64,000 nt of DNA, taken from IMG/VR virus record IMGVR_UViG_3300035520_001860, positions 32,001-96,000 of that record; one strand, 5' to 3'. Within the stretch, counting starts at the first letter, position 1; every line of letters begins with the position of its first letter. Origin of the DNA: a virus. Taxonomy: Duplodnaviria; Caudoviricetes. The notes below the pieces were generated by a model, which searched no databases, was not told where the DNA came from, and was given only the letters and a program-made list of their open reading frames with translations. Both the position numbers and the translations under genes were made by a program. Positions 47,649 through 55,525 of the stretch are shown piece by piece.

Positions 47649-48775
47649 TAAATGATAACACACTTAAGTATTTAGACGACCTTGGAATAGGTGCAAACAT
47701 AAACAAATTGGAATCATATATTATAGACTATAAACAGGCACAAAATTTGTGTGACTTATATGAATATGAGTATGATTACATTCAGCTATGCAAAATACTT
47801 AAAGAAGCTAGATTAACATCTCGTGCATTTAGTGATGATATAAGACTTATTGCAGAAGAAACAGATAAGTATGACAGATTATTTAGTAGCTATTGCAATG
47901 AAGAACCTTATGTATTCTATGGAATGAATAACTACAGAATGTCAATGATAAATGACATTATAAATAGTAGTCCAACACAAGATATAAGTATACTAGCAAT
48001 GCCAAATGTGAAAGGTTTAAATATTAGATGTTCATATATTGAAGGATATATACATAGAGTAAACTTAGTTGGAGACAAAAAATTTACTAATATAACAAAA
48101 CTTGTTAAAGATATGCTACCTGGATATATTGATAAGTTTGCAAAGAGTGAATTGGTAGAGTGCAGAGGAAAAATAACAATATACAATAACAACCCATTAG
48201 ATATGGAGTATTGTAATGTTGAGTGTTCAACAATGCACATGCTTAGACTTGGAATAAATACAGATTCATTGAAAATTATATTCAATGACATAGTAGCAGA
48301 TGATATGTCTGGAATAACTAATCAATGGGATAAGATAGAATATCTTAGAGAACTTGGGTTTAGTGTTCCACATCATGGGTTAATTCGAGATATTAGCAGG
48401 TCAGAAGTTGAAGAAGCAATAACAGAGTTTGTAAAATACTTTGAAAATATAAAAGCTGAAACAGGAATAATATATGAATACAATGGATATGAATTTAGAG
48501 ACAACAACAACATGGAAACTAACAACTCATCAAGAGTTATTTACAAGGATAAAGAAGTAAATTACAAAGATGTTTTTGAGTCAAAAATAAAATCAAACAT
48601 GATAATTACAGATTACAACGATATGATAGTTAATATAATACCAGTAAAATGTAATGATAACTGTACAATAACAGAGGTACGCGTAAATGATGTTACACTG
48701 TTAGACAGATATGGATTTGACATAGGCAACAAAATAAGATTCAGAGTAGTAAATAATAAAGCAATACTAGTTTAG
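47645..48775 (+). CDS. NAD-dependent DNA ligase (LigA) adenylation/OB-domain homologue lacking the catalytic lysine
   Basis: MPNVKGLNIRCSYIEG aligns with EPKxDGL...Y..G (K to N); VECRGK with EVRGE; EYLRELGF; YEYNGYEFR with YEIDGVVIK; IIPVKC...IT of the OB fold. Confidence 0.65.
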   Translation: MINDNTLKYLDDLGIGANINKLESYIIDYKQAQNLCDLYEYEYDYIQLCKILKEARLTSRAFSDDIRLIAEETDKYDRLFSSYCNEEPYVFYGMNNYRMSMINDIINSSPTQDISILAMPNVKGLNIRCSYIEGYIHRVNLVGDKKFTNITKLVKDMLPGYIDKFAKSELVECRGKITIYNNNPLDMEYCNVECSTMHMLRLGINTDSLKIIFNDIVADDMSGITNQWDKIEYLRELGFSVPHHGLIRDISRSEVEEAITEFVKYFENIKAETGIIYEYNGYEFRDNNNMETNNSSRVIYKDKEVNYKDVFESKIKSNMIITDYNDMIVNIIPVKCNDNCTITEVRVNDVTLLDRYGFDIGNKIRFRVVNNKAILV

Positions 48776-48794
48776 TCATAAATTAACCAATATT

Positions 48795-48842
48795 TTTACC
48801 ATTGTTGCATAAGTAATTTATGTTTAACAATGGTAAATTTTT
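48795..48842 (+). terminator. Terminator-like hairpin
   Basis: TTTACCATTGTT...AACAATGGTAAA plus T tail. Confidence 0.65.
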
Positions 48843-48948
48843 AAATTACCTCGAAATAGTCATATTATTTAAAATAAGTAGTTTTTATTAAAAATTATGA
48901 AACAAAAATAGAACTAGTTGTTAAAATAATATTACGGAGGTAATAAAG

Positions 48949-50517
48949 ATGGCAAACTTGAAAGACGATGATATAGCTTTCGATGATATGGAGTTTGACA
49001 CAAATGACTTCGATGATGGAGAATTTGATATTAATGAGGGCGAAGATGAAATAATAGATGGTTCCGATGAAATTATAATGGATGAGCCTATAGAAGAATC
49101 ATCTGGAGACTCATTAGATGTTATGGCAAGCTTTCATGATGAAGCTGTAGACGAATCTGATTTAGATGGAGCAATTGTTGATGGAGTTGATCTTCATGAG
49201 GATGAAGATGAACAGATTGACAATGAGATGGACTTCATAAGTGATGCAGGTAACATAGTAGTTCAAGATGCTAATGACGATGGTGAAAAAGGATTCGGAC
49301 TCCAGTATATTAATATAGAAAAAATAGCTATAACACAGAGAATTAGAAAAATGCAGTCTGTAGAAGGATTGGTACAATCTATTCAATCTACTGGATTATT
49401 ATGTCCTATAGTTGTGGCACCAACAGCTACAGAAGGACTGTATGTTCTATTAGAGGGATACAGAAGATTACAAGCATGTGCAAGAGTAGGTTTAACTAAA
49501 GTACCTTGTGTTGTTAATAATCGTGTAAGCACTCCAGAAATACCAATTCTTGAGGCTATGTACAATCATTCACAGAAATACTCAATTAAAGAGCAGGTTG
49601 ATTACATTAATTATCTTGAAACACAAAAAGGTATTATGAATCCAGCCATGATTGAATATTTGTTACAGATGAATAGTGGTGATTATACAAAATTAAAAGA
49701 TATATTAGCAGATAACGATGATGATATAGTCGAAAAATTGTATGATGGAGCATATGATATAGGAACTGCATTTAGAAAATTGGAGCAGCGTCGTAAGAAA
49801 GAAACTCTTGAGGAAAAAGAGAACAAGAAGGCAGCAAGGGTTTATGATGACGAAGAAGCATCAGGAGCAGACCAGATTGAAGGTAGTGGTGAAGATGCTG
49901 ACAGTGATGCTTTGACAGAGGATCAAATAAATGCACTTGCAATAAATGCAGAAGATCTTGATGATGATATAGAAGAAACATCTCTTAATGAAATGGTTGA
50001 GGAAGATAAGAACCTTGAAGGATTTAAGCCACATAAACAGAAAGTTGGAGAGCGTGAATATGTAGACCCAATCATCAAGAAAACAGTAATGGCACGAGAT
50101 AAGTCAACATGCCAGTGCTGTAAAAGGGGTGGAGAACAATATGTTGACATCCTGGACTATCATCATATACTCCCTGTCTTCTTGTCGGGAGCCGATACAC
50201 CAGAGAATGGCATAATGTTATGTGTGTCATGTCATAGACTTGTTCATTTATATTCCACAGATGATCTACATATAGATACTGCATTACTAACAGGCAGTTA
50301 TGATGATTTAACTGACGAGCAGAAGAGTCATTATGAGAATGAAGAAATCTTCGAAGATGAAAAAAGACGATTCAAAAGGATTATAAAGCTTGGTTCTGTG
50401 ATTCGAAAAGGCATTGTCGCCAAGGGAATGAACAAAGACCAGTATAAGAAAGAACATTCCAATAACGGCATAGGCAGAAGAAAACCTGGTGTCAATGCAG
50501 AACAAGAAACTCTGTAA
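48949..50517 (+). CDS. ParB/Srx-domain protein fused to a C-terminal HNH (Zn-binding) endonuclease domain
   Basis: LVQSIQSTGLLCPIVV...YVLLEGYRRLQAC ParB motif; RDKSTCQCC...DYHHILP...ENGIMLCVSCH HNH motif; acidic N-terminus. Confidence 0.8.
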   Translation: MANLKDDDIAFDDMEFDTNDFDDGEFDINEGEDEIIDGSDEIIMDEPIEESSGDSLDVMASFHDEAVDESDLDGAIVDGVDLHEDEDEQIDNEMDFISDAGNIVVQDANDDGEKGFGLQYINIEKIAITQRIRKMQSVEGLVQSIQSTGLLCPIVVAPTATEGLYVLLEGYRRLQACARVGLTKVPCVVNNRVSTPEIPILEAMYNHSQKYSIKEQVDYINYLETQKGIMNPAMIEYLLQMNSGDYTKLKDILADNDDDIVEKLYDGAYDIGTAFRKLEQRRKKETLEEKENKKAARVYDDEEASGADQIEGSGEDADSDALTEDQINALAINAEDLDDDIEETSLNEMVEEDKNLEGFKPHKQKVGEREYVDPIIKKTVMARDKSTCQCCKRGGEQYVDILDYHHILPVFLSGADTPENGIMLCVSCHRLVHLYSTDDLHIDTALLTGSYDDLTDEQKSHYENEEIFEDEKRRFKRIIKLGSVIRKGIVAKGMNKDQYKKEHSNNGIGRRKPGVNAEQETL

Positions 50518-50529
50518 CAAGGAGATTAA

Positions 50530-52002
50530 ATGGAAAGAGCATTTAGAACTACTTCATATCCAGAACAGTATATAGGATTTGCATGTAAAAACACATTTAA
50601 GCATGTGGAACTGAATAAACGAATGGGAAATGGTATGGAGGCTGACATAGCAATTTGGGATACAAACACAATAATAGAATACAACGGAGTTTATTGGCAT
50701 AAACCAGAAAGAGATGAACGAAAGAAAAAATTCATAGAATCCTATGGAATAAGACTAATAAGAATTTGGGATAGTGATGCAACAGGAAAATCTAAAGCAT
50801 ATGCAAAAATTATTTCAGAAAATGACATAGAGTTTAACAGATACTTAAGAGATATGTCGCCAGTCATTCCATTATTAGAGTCATTACTTAAAACTAAATT
50901 GGTTATATCCGATAATATGGAAAATGATGTACTGGATTTTGTAAATCAAAACATCCGAGACCAGAATCTAGCATTTCAATATCCTGATATAGCAGAAGAA
51001 TTGTTAGATGTAGACCCATCAAAATTATTTATTACAGATAGTAAAACACGCAGATGGAAATGTAAAACATGCGGAACAGTATTTCAAACCAGTGTAGGAC
51101 ATAGAGTTTATAATAAAACAAATTGTCCAGCCTGTGCAGGAAATATAGCAATTCCAGGAAAGACAGATATACTCACAGTATTACCAGAGTATGCAAATGA
51201 GATAACAAGTTTAACAGAGGAGGAAAAAAGAAACACATTACCATTTTCCACACAAACTGTTATCTGGAAATGTTCCAACTGTGGTTATACATGGAATAGT
51301 GATATAAGACAACGTACAGTAGTTAAAACAAGCTGTCCAAAATGTGGATATTTACCACTAAATATAAATAGAGATGACTTTGTAGATATAAAATATCTTC
51401 AAGATGTAAAAAAGCCTATTAGTCAAATGCAAATATATAATCAAATATACAATGTTGATATTGCTGATGCAATAGGAGTAATAGTAAATGCACTGTTGAA
51501 AATAGGAAAATCATTAGACAATATAGTTAGTCTAGCAGATTTGATTAACAATAGGTCACAGGAAGAAAAGATATCATACAACAGTGATATTTACATAGCA
51601 CCAAAACTTATAACAACATATAATAACAAAGCAATTTATATAGAGGGTAATGCTGGAACACAGTATAAGATAAACATACTTAAAGCATTATTAGATACAT
51701 TTAATATAAAAGCCTTATTTAAGATAAAGGATGAATACAAATTACCTAAAAGAATTACAGTAGCTAAAAATGGTGTGGATTTTAATGTAACAACTAGGAT
51801 AAGCGGTAAAATAGTTTATATAGGCAGACGAAGAACAGTAGATGAAGCATTAAGATTAAAACTATCAGCAGAAGTATATTTCTTTGGTAACATACTGATT
51901 CAATCAGATCTGCAACTACTTCAAAACCAAACCATTCCAGATTTTAAAACAATGCCAGAATATGAAAAATTTAAAGACAAGTATGGAGGAAACAACAGTT
52001 GA
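50530..52002 (+). CDS. Homing-endonuclease-like protein: N-terminal Vsr/DUF559-like nuclease, two Zn-ribbon (DUF4379-like) repeats, C-terminal AP2-like domain
   Basis: EADIAIWDTNTIIEYNGVYWH...IRLIRIWD; YPDIAEE..WKCKTCG..NCPAC x2; ISGKIVYIGRRRTVDEALRLKLSAEVYFFG. Confidence 0.7.
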   Translation: MERAFRTTSYPEQYIGFACKNTFKHVELNKRMGNGMEADIAIWDTNTIIEYNGVYWHKPERDERKKKFIESYGIRLIRIWDSDATGKSKAYAKIISENDIEFNRYLRDMSPVIPLLESLLKTKLVISDNMENDVLDFVNQNIRDQNLAFQYPDIAEELLDVDPSKLFITDSKTRRWKCKTCGTVFQTSVGHRVYNKTNCPACAGNIAIPGKTDILTVLPEYANEITSLTEEEKRNTLPFSTQTVIWKCSNCGYTWNSDIRQRTVVKTSCPKCGYLPLNINRDDFVDIKYLQDVKKPISQMQIYNQIYNVDIADAIGVIVNALLKIGKSLDNIVSLADLINNRSQEEKISYNSDIYIAPKLITTYNNKAIYIEGNAGTQYKINILKALLDTFNIKALFKIKDEYKLPKRITVAKNGVDFNVTTRISGKIVYIGRRRTVDEALRLKLSAEVYFFGNILIQSDLQLLQNQTIPDFKTMPEYEKFKDKYGGNNS

Positions 52003-52484
52003 ATAAAGAATGTGCAGTAACTGAAAATAACATATACATAGACACATTAGGTAAGAAACAGCAGACTAAAATACTCAATACAATTAATATAAAAGAGCAT
52101 GAAGATAGTGTAAAAAGAAAAGCATTTATTAGAGACAAATTTACATGTCAGTGCTGTAAACGAGGTGGAGATAAATATATAGATATACTTGATGTTCATC
52201 ATATAATACCATTGGAATTTGGTGGAGATGCAACAGTAGAGAATAGTGTAACATTGTGTGTTGCATGTCATAGACTTATTCATCTTTATTCTACTAGAGA
52301 ACTTTACATCGACAAAGCTTTCTATAGCAGCTATGATAAATTAACAGATAGGCAAAAGAAACAGTATCAAAGTAAAATGATATTTGATGACGAAAAGAGA
52401 AGATTTGAAAGAATAATAGTACTAGGTTCTATAATACGAAAAAGCATAGTAACAAAGGGAATGAACAAAGATAAAAATAATTAG
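51999..52484 (+). CDS. Stand-alone HNH endonuclease domain, a paralogous duplicate of the C-terminus of 48949..50517
   Basis: RDKFTCQCCKRGGDKYIDILDVHHIIP...LCVACHRLIHLYST...DEKRRFERIIVLGSIIRKSIVTKGMNKD. Confidence 0.75.
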   Translation: MNKECAVTENNIYIDTLGKKQQTKILNTINIKEHEDSVKRKAFIRDKFTCQCCKRGGDKYIDILDVHHIIPLEFGGDATVENSVTLCVACHRLIHLYSTRELYIDKAFYSSYDKLTDRQKKQYQSKMIFDDEKRRFERIIVLGSIIRKSIVTKGMNKDKNN

Positions 52485-52505
52485 TATCATTCAATGGAGA
52501 GTAAC

Positions 52506-53483
52506 ATGAGTATAAGTGTAAGAGAAGTATTAGACAATGAGCTAATGTCAGAGGGTACACTTAGGGGTATACCAACAAGATGTAAGTGTGGTGCACCTAT
52601 GGTATTTAATGACTCATTGAGAAATATACAGTGTTCAAACAAAAAATGTAAATACAAACTTGTATCAAGAATAAAAAGATTTGCTAAAATAACTAATATA
52701 AATATTGATGATACAATAGCACTTGAACTAATACAGTATCTTGGTATAGTTACTCCATATCAAATATTAATGATAGACCAGGTGGTAGAAGCTAACAAGC
52801 AGAGTGTTAGAAATATACATAACATATTAGAAATAGCAAATGGCATAAAGAAATATAAGAGTACAAAACATAAAATATATGAAGTAGCGGCACTTTGTGG
52901 TATAAGTACAATAGAGAATATAGCAAAACAACTATTTGAAGGTTTTAATTCATTAGATGATGTGTACAATGAATTAGATAAATGTCAAGTATCATATATA
53001 AGTGACAGACTTGGCATACATAATAATGATTGTGCACAGTTTTCAGTTGATATATACAACAAGCTTATTGAACTAAAAGACGAAATGATGTTTGGAGAGG
53101 CCCAGTTAGAAATTGATGAGTATCCAAATAAAATGGATATAGTCATAACAGACAATGTACTGCCATTTATAAATAAGTCAGAATACATAGAATTTTTAAA
53201 TTCAAAATACAATATATGTTTTAATATGACAACATCAGTTTCTGATAATACAGATATATTGATTAGCAACTCAACACCAGCAAGTAATAAAATGCATAGC
53301 GCAACAGTAATAAACAATAGATATGTTGCTAATGAGATGAATCAGAATAAGCTTAATCTATCAGATATTAACAAGAAAGTAGATGGAGAATTAAAGCCAC
53401 TTGGTGTAAAAGTACTTATATGCACTTCAAATGAGTTAGAAACTAGGTTAAATGAATTGGAGGCGCATGATGGAGGCAAATAA
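52506..53483 (+). CDS. LigA C-terminal half homologue (Zn finger, HhH region, BRCT)
   Basis: IPTRCKCGAPM...IQCSNKKC Zn finger; ALCGISTI...AKQL...FNSLDD HhH; IVIT...SVSDNTDILIS...SNKMHSA BRCT. Confidence 0.65.
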   Translation: MSISVREVLDNELMSEGTLRGIPTRCKCGAPMVFNDSLRNIQCSNKKCKYKLVSRIKRFAKITNINIDDTIALELIQYLGIVTPYQILMIDQVVEANKQSVRNIHNILEIANGIKKYKSTKHKIYEVAALCGISTIENIAKQLFEGFNSLDDVYNELDKCQVSYISDRLGIHNNDCAQFSVDIYNKLIELKDEMMFGEAQLEIDEYPNKMDIVITDNVLPFINKSEYIEFLNSKYNICFNMTTSVSDNTDILISNSTPASNKMHSATVINNRYVANEMNQNKLNLSDINKKVDGELKPLGVKVLICTSNELETRLNELEAHDGGK

Positions 53484-53937
53484 GTATAAGGTGGTAGGAA
53501 AAGAGATAAAAGGAATAGAAGTTGTTGGACTAACCATAGAAAATTCTGAAGGTAGCAAAAGGAATATAAATTTACCAGACGCAATTAAATTATCAAGAGG
53601 AGAAACATTTAGTAATGCACACTCAGTATTTGACAGTGTTAATTCAGAATATAAGATTAGCATAGATGGAGGTTTAGATAATTTAGCAATATCAGATAGA
53701 ACAAAAGGAACAAGACTAAAACTTATAAGTAGAATAATCAATTCAGATAATGTTTGTGTTGGTTACAAAGCACAAGATAGTAAGGGCAAGATATTCAAAT
53801 TAAGTATATCAAAGATATGGGAATTGGCAGAACAAGGTTCTGTAATAGGCGTTGTAGCAAAAGTGAGTAATAAAGGTAAGGTACTATTAAGCACTGATGA
53901 ATGTAAGCTAGACGAGTTACCTATTTTTAGAAATTAA
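53470..53937 (+). CDS. Protein made of two DUF3892-like domains
   Basis: GGAGG RBS; YKVVGKEIKGIEVVGLTI...GGLDNLA and LKLISRIINSDNVCVGYKAQD...CKLDELP. Confidence 0.65.
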   Translation: MEANKYKVVGKEIKGIEVVGLTIENSEGSKRNINLPDAIKLSRGETFSNAHSVFDSVNSEYKISIDGGLDNLAISDRTKGTRLKLISRIINSDNVCVGYKAQDSKGKIFKLSISKIWELAEQGSVIGVVAKVSNKGKVLLSTDECKLDELPIFRN

Positions 53938-53954
53938 AATATTGTTTCAACTAG

Positions 53955-53983
53955 TTGACAAAGGTTAATTATGGTGTTATAAT
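53955..53983 (+). promoter_or_regulatory. Consensus sigma-A promoter with extended -10, upstream of infC
   Basis: TTGACA at 53955-53960, 17-bp spacer, TG-N-TATAAT at 53978-53983. Confidence 0.85.
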
Positions 53984-54016
53984 ATAGTTGAAAATAATAG
54001 TAATATTTTTAAATCT

Positions 54017-54090
54017 AGGGGGAAAGCAATGTACACTCTCGTGAAAAAATAGACCTGTTGACTTTTAATAAGTTTGATGGGTCTATTTTT
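54017..54090 (+). promoter_or_regulatory. Leader mini-ORF (MYTLVKK*) overlapping a terminator hairpin; candidate attenuator
   Basis: AGGGGG RBS, ATG at 54029, TAG at 54050-54052 inside the 5' arm of AAAAATAGACC...GGTCTATTTTT. Confidence 0.55.
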
Positions 54091-54134
54091 ATATACAAAA
54101 TACTTTAAATGAAAAAGGAGAACATAACTAAAAA

Positions 54135-54638
54135 ATGATTAACAATGAAATTAAGTCCAATGTAGTCAACGTAGTATTGGAGGAGGGCAAGGGCTTAAAA
54201 CAGATGAGCCTCGAGGAAGCAATGGCACTTGCAGAGGAAACTGGAGAAGATGTAGTTTGTCTTAATGACAATACAGAGATTCCTGTTGTAAAGATCATGG
54301 ACTACGGAAAATTTCAGTATGAAAAAGCTAAGAAGGCAAAGGATAACAAAAAGAAAGCCAGATTAGCAGCTCAGGATACTAAGGATGTTGTAATTTCAGA
54401 CTCCATAGCAGAGCATGACTTAAAGATAAAGGCTAACACAGCAGACAGAATCATCAATGAAGGAGATAAGGTAAGACTTATAATCAGATACAAAGGCAGA
54501 GCAGTAGCTTTCATTAACGAGGGACCTAAAAAGCTTCAGGCACTTGTTGATAAGATGGAATCACAGTTCACTGTAACTGCTAGACCAAAGATTGATGGTA
54601 AACAGGTGTCAATGACATTAACACCTAGTAAAAAATAG
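54135..54638 (+). CDS. infC: Translation initiation factor IF-3
   Basis: MINNEIK...MSLEEAMALAEE..DVV...PVVKIMDYGKFQYE; IAEHDLKIK...GDKVRLIIRYKGR...PKIDGKQVSMTLTP. Confidence 0.95.
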   Translation: MINNEIKSNVVNVVLEEGKGLKQMSLEEAMALAEETGEDVVCLNDNTEIPVVKIMDYGKFQYEKAKKAKDNKKKARLAAQDTKDVVISDSIAEHDLKIKANTADRIINEGDKVRLIIRYKGRAVAFINEGPKKLQALVDKMESQFTVTARPKIDGKQVSMTLTPSKK

Positions 54639-54651
54639 ATAATACATATAG

Positions 54652-54708
54652 AAATATGCTTGGGGTATTTAGGGGATAAGTAACACATAAATATTTCAAG
54701 CATATTTT
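54652..54708 (+). terminator. Long hairpin after infC
   Basis: AAATATGCTTGGGGTATTTA...TAAATATTTCAAGCATATTT with G-U pairs. Confidence 0.55.
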
Positions 54709-54737
54709 ATTTCATAGGCATATTAAAGGAGACAATC

Positions 54738-55325
54738 ATGAAAAAACTTAAAACTTTGCTATTATTAACTGCAACAGGTTTATTACTTGTAGCTTGTAAT
54801 AAAGAGACAAAAACAGGTGTAACAGTAGGTTTAAATAATGACACAGACGAAGTAGCAGAAGTAAGGACACCAGACATTAAAGAATTGACAGGGAACAACG
54901 GAACTGAAGAAATATCTACAGAAGAATATGAGAATGATTCAGATGGAATAGAAGTGTACTCAGACGAAATTGAAATAGAAACAACTGAAACAGACTTAGA
55001 AACAGCTTCATTTGAGGATGATACAGATACAAATGATATGATTGGCTTTTGGATGACAGAAGATAACACTACAATAGTAGAGTTTAAATCAGATAATACA
55101 TATAGTAGATATGATATTTCACAAGATACATATTATTATGGAACATATGATACTGACAGCGAAACATTCATAACATTAGAGGAGGATGAAGAAGAGTCAG
55201 GATTAACTTACTATTTAAGCATCAGTACACAAAGTAGCAATGATAATACATTTAGAGTTGCAACTATATCTCGTGGGGAAACAACAATAGTACTTGTAGA
55301 AAAAGATATAGAAGAGACGAATTAG
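54738..55325 (+). CDS. Acidic lipoprotein
   Basis: Lipobox LVAC; IGFW...EFKSDNTY...YYGTY beta-barrel-like motif. Confidence 0.75.
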   Translation: MKKLKTLLLLTATGLLLVACNKETKTGVTVGLNNDTDEVAEVRTPDIKELTGNNGTEEISTEEYENDSDGIEVYSDEIEIETTETDLETASFEDDTDTNDMIGFWMTEDNTTIVEFKSDNTYSRYDISQDTYYYGTYDTDSETFITLEEDEEESGLTYYLSISTQSSNDNTFRVATISRGETTIVLVEKDIEETN

Positions 55326-55333
55326 ACATTTAG

Positions 55334-55365
55334 TAGAGATATGTATTTGCATATCTCTATTTTTT
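55334..55365 (+). terminator. Rho-independent terminator
   Basis: TAGAGATATG-loop-CATATCTCTA plus T run. Confidence 0.75.
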
Positions 55366-55525
55366 ATATACTTAGTACTATTTTAAACACAATATACAAA
55401 CATACACATCAAATGTTAAAAACAATATTGACTAGTATTGAAGCATTAACATAATAATACAGTAAAAAATTTAAAAAATTTGAAATTTACATATTTAGTA
55501 TACATTGAAAGGTAGGATATTAACA

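Noticed and set aside
50070-52484. Diversity-generating retroelement (TR/VR pair) as the explanation for the HNH duplication
   Set aside because: No reverse transcriptase in the window, and differences between the copies are not confined to adenines
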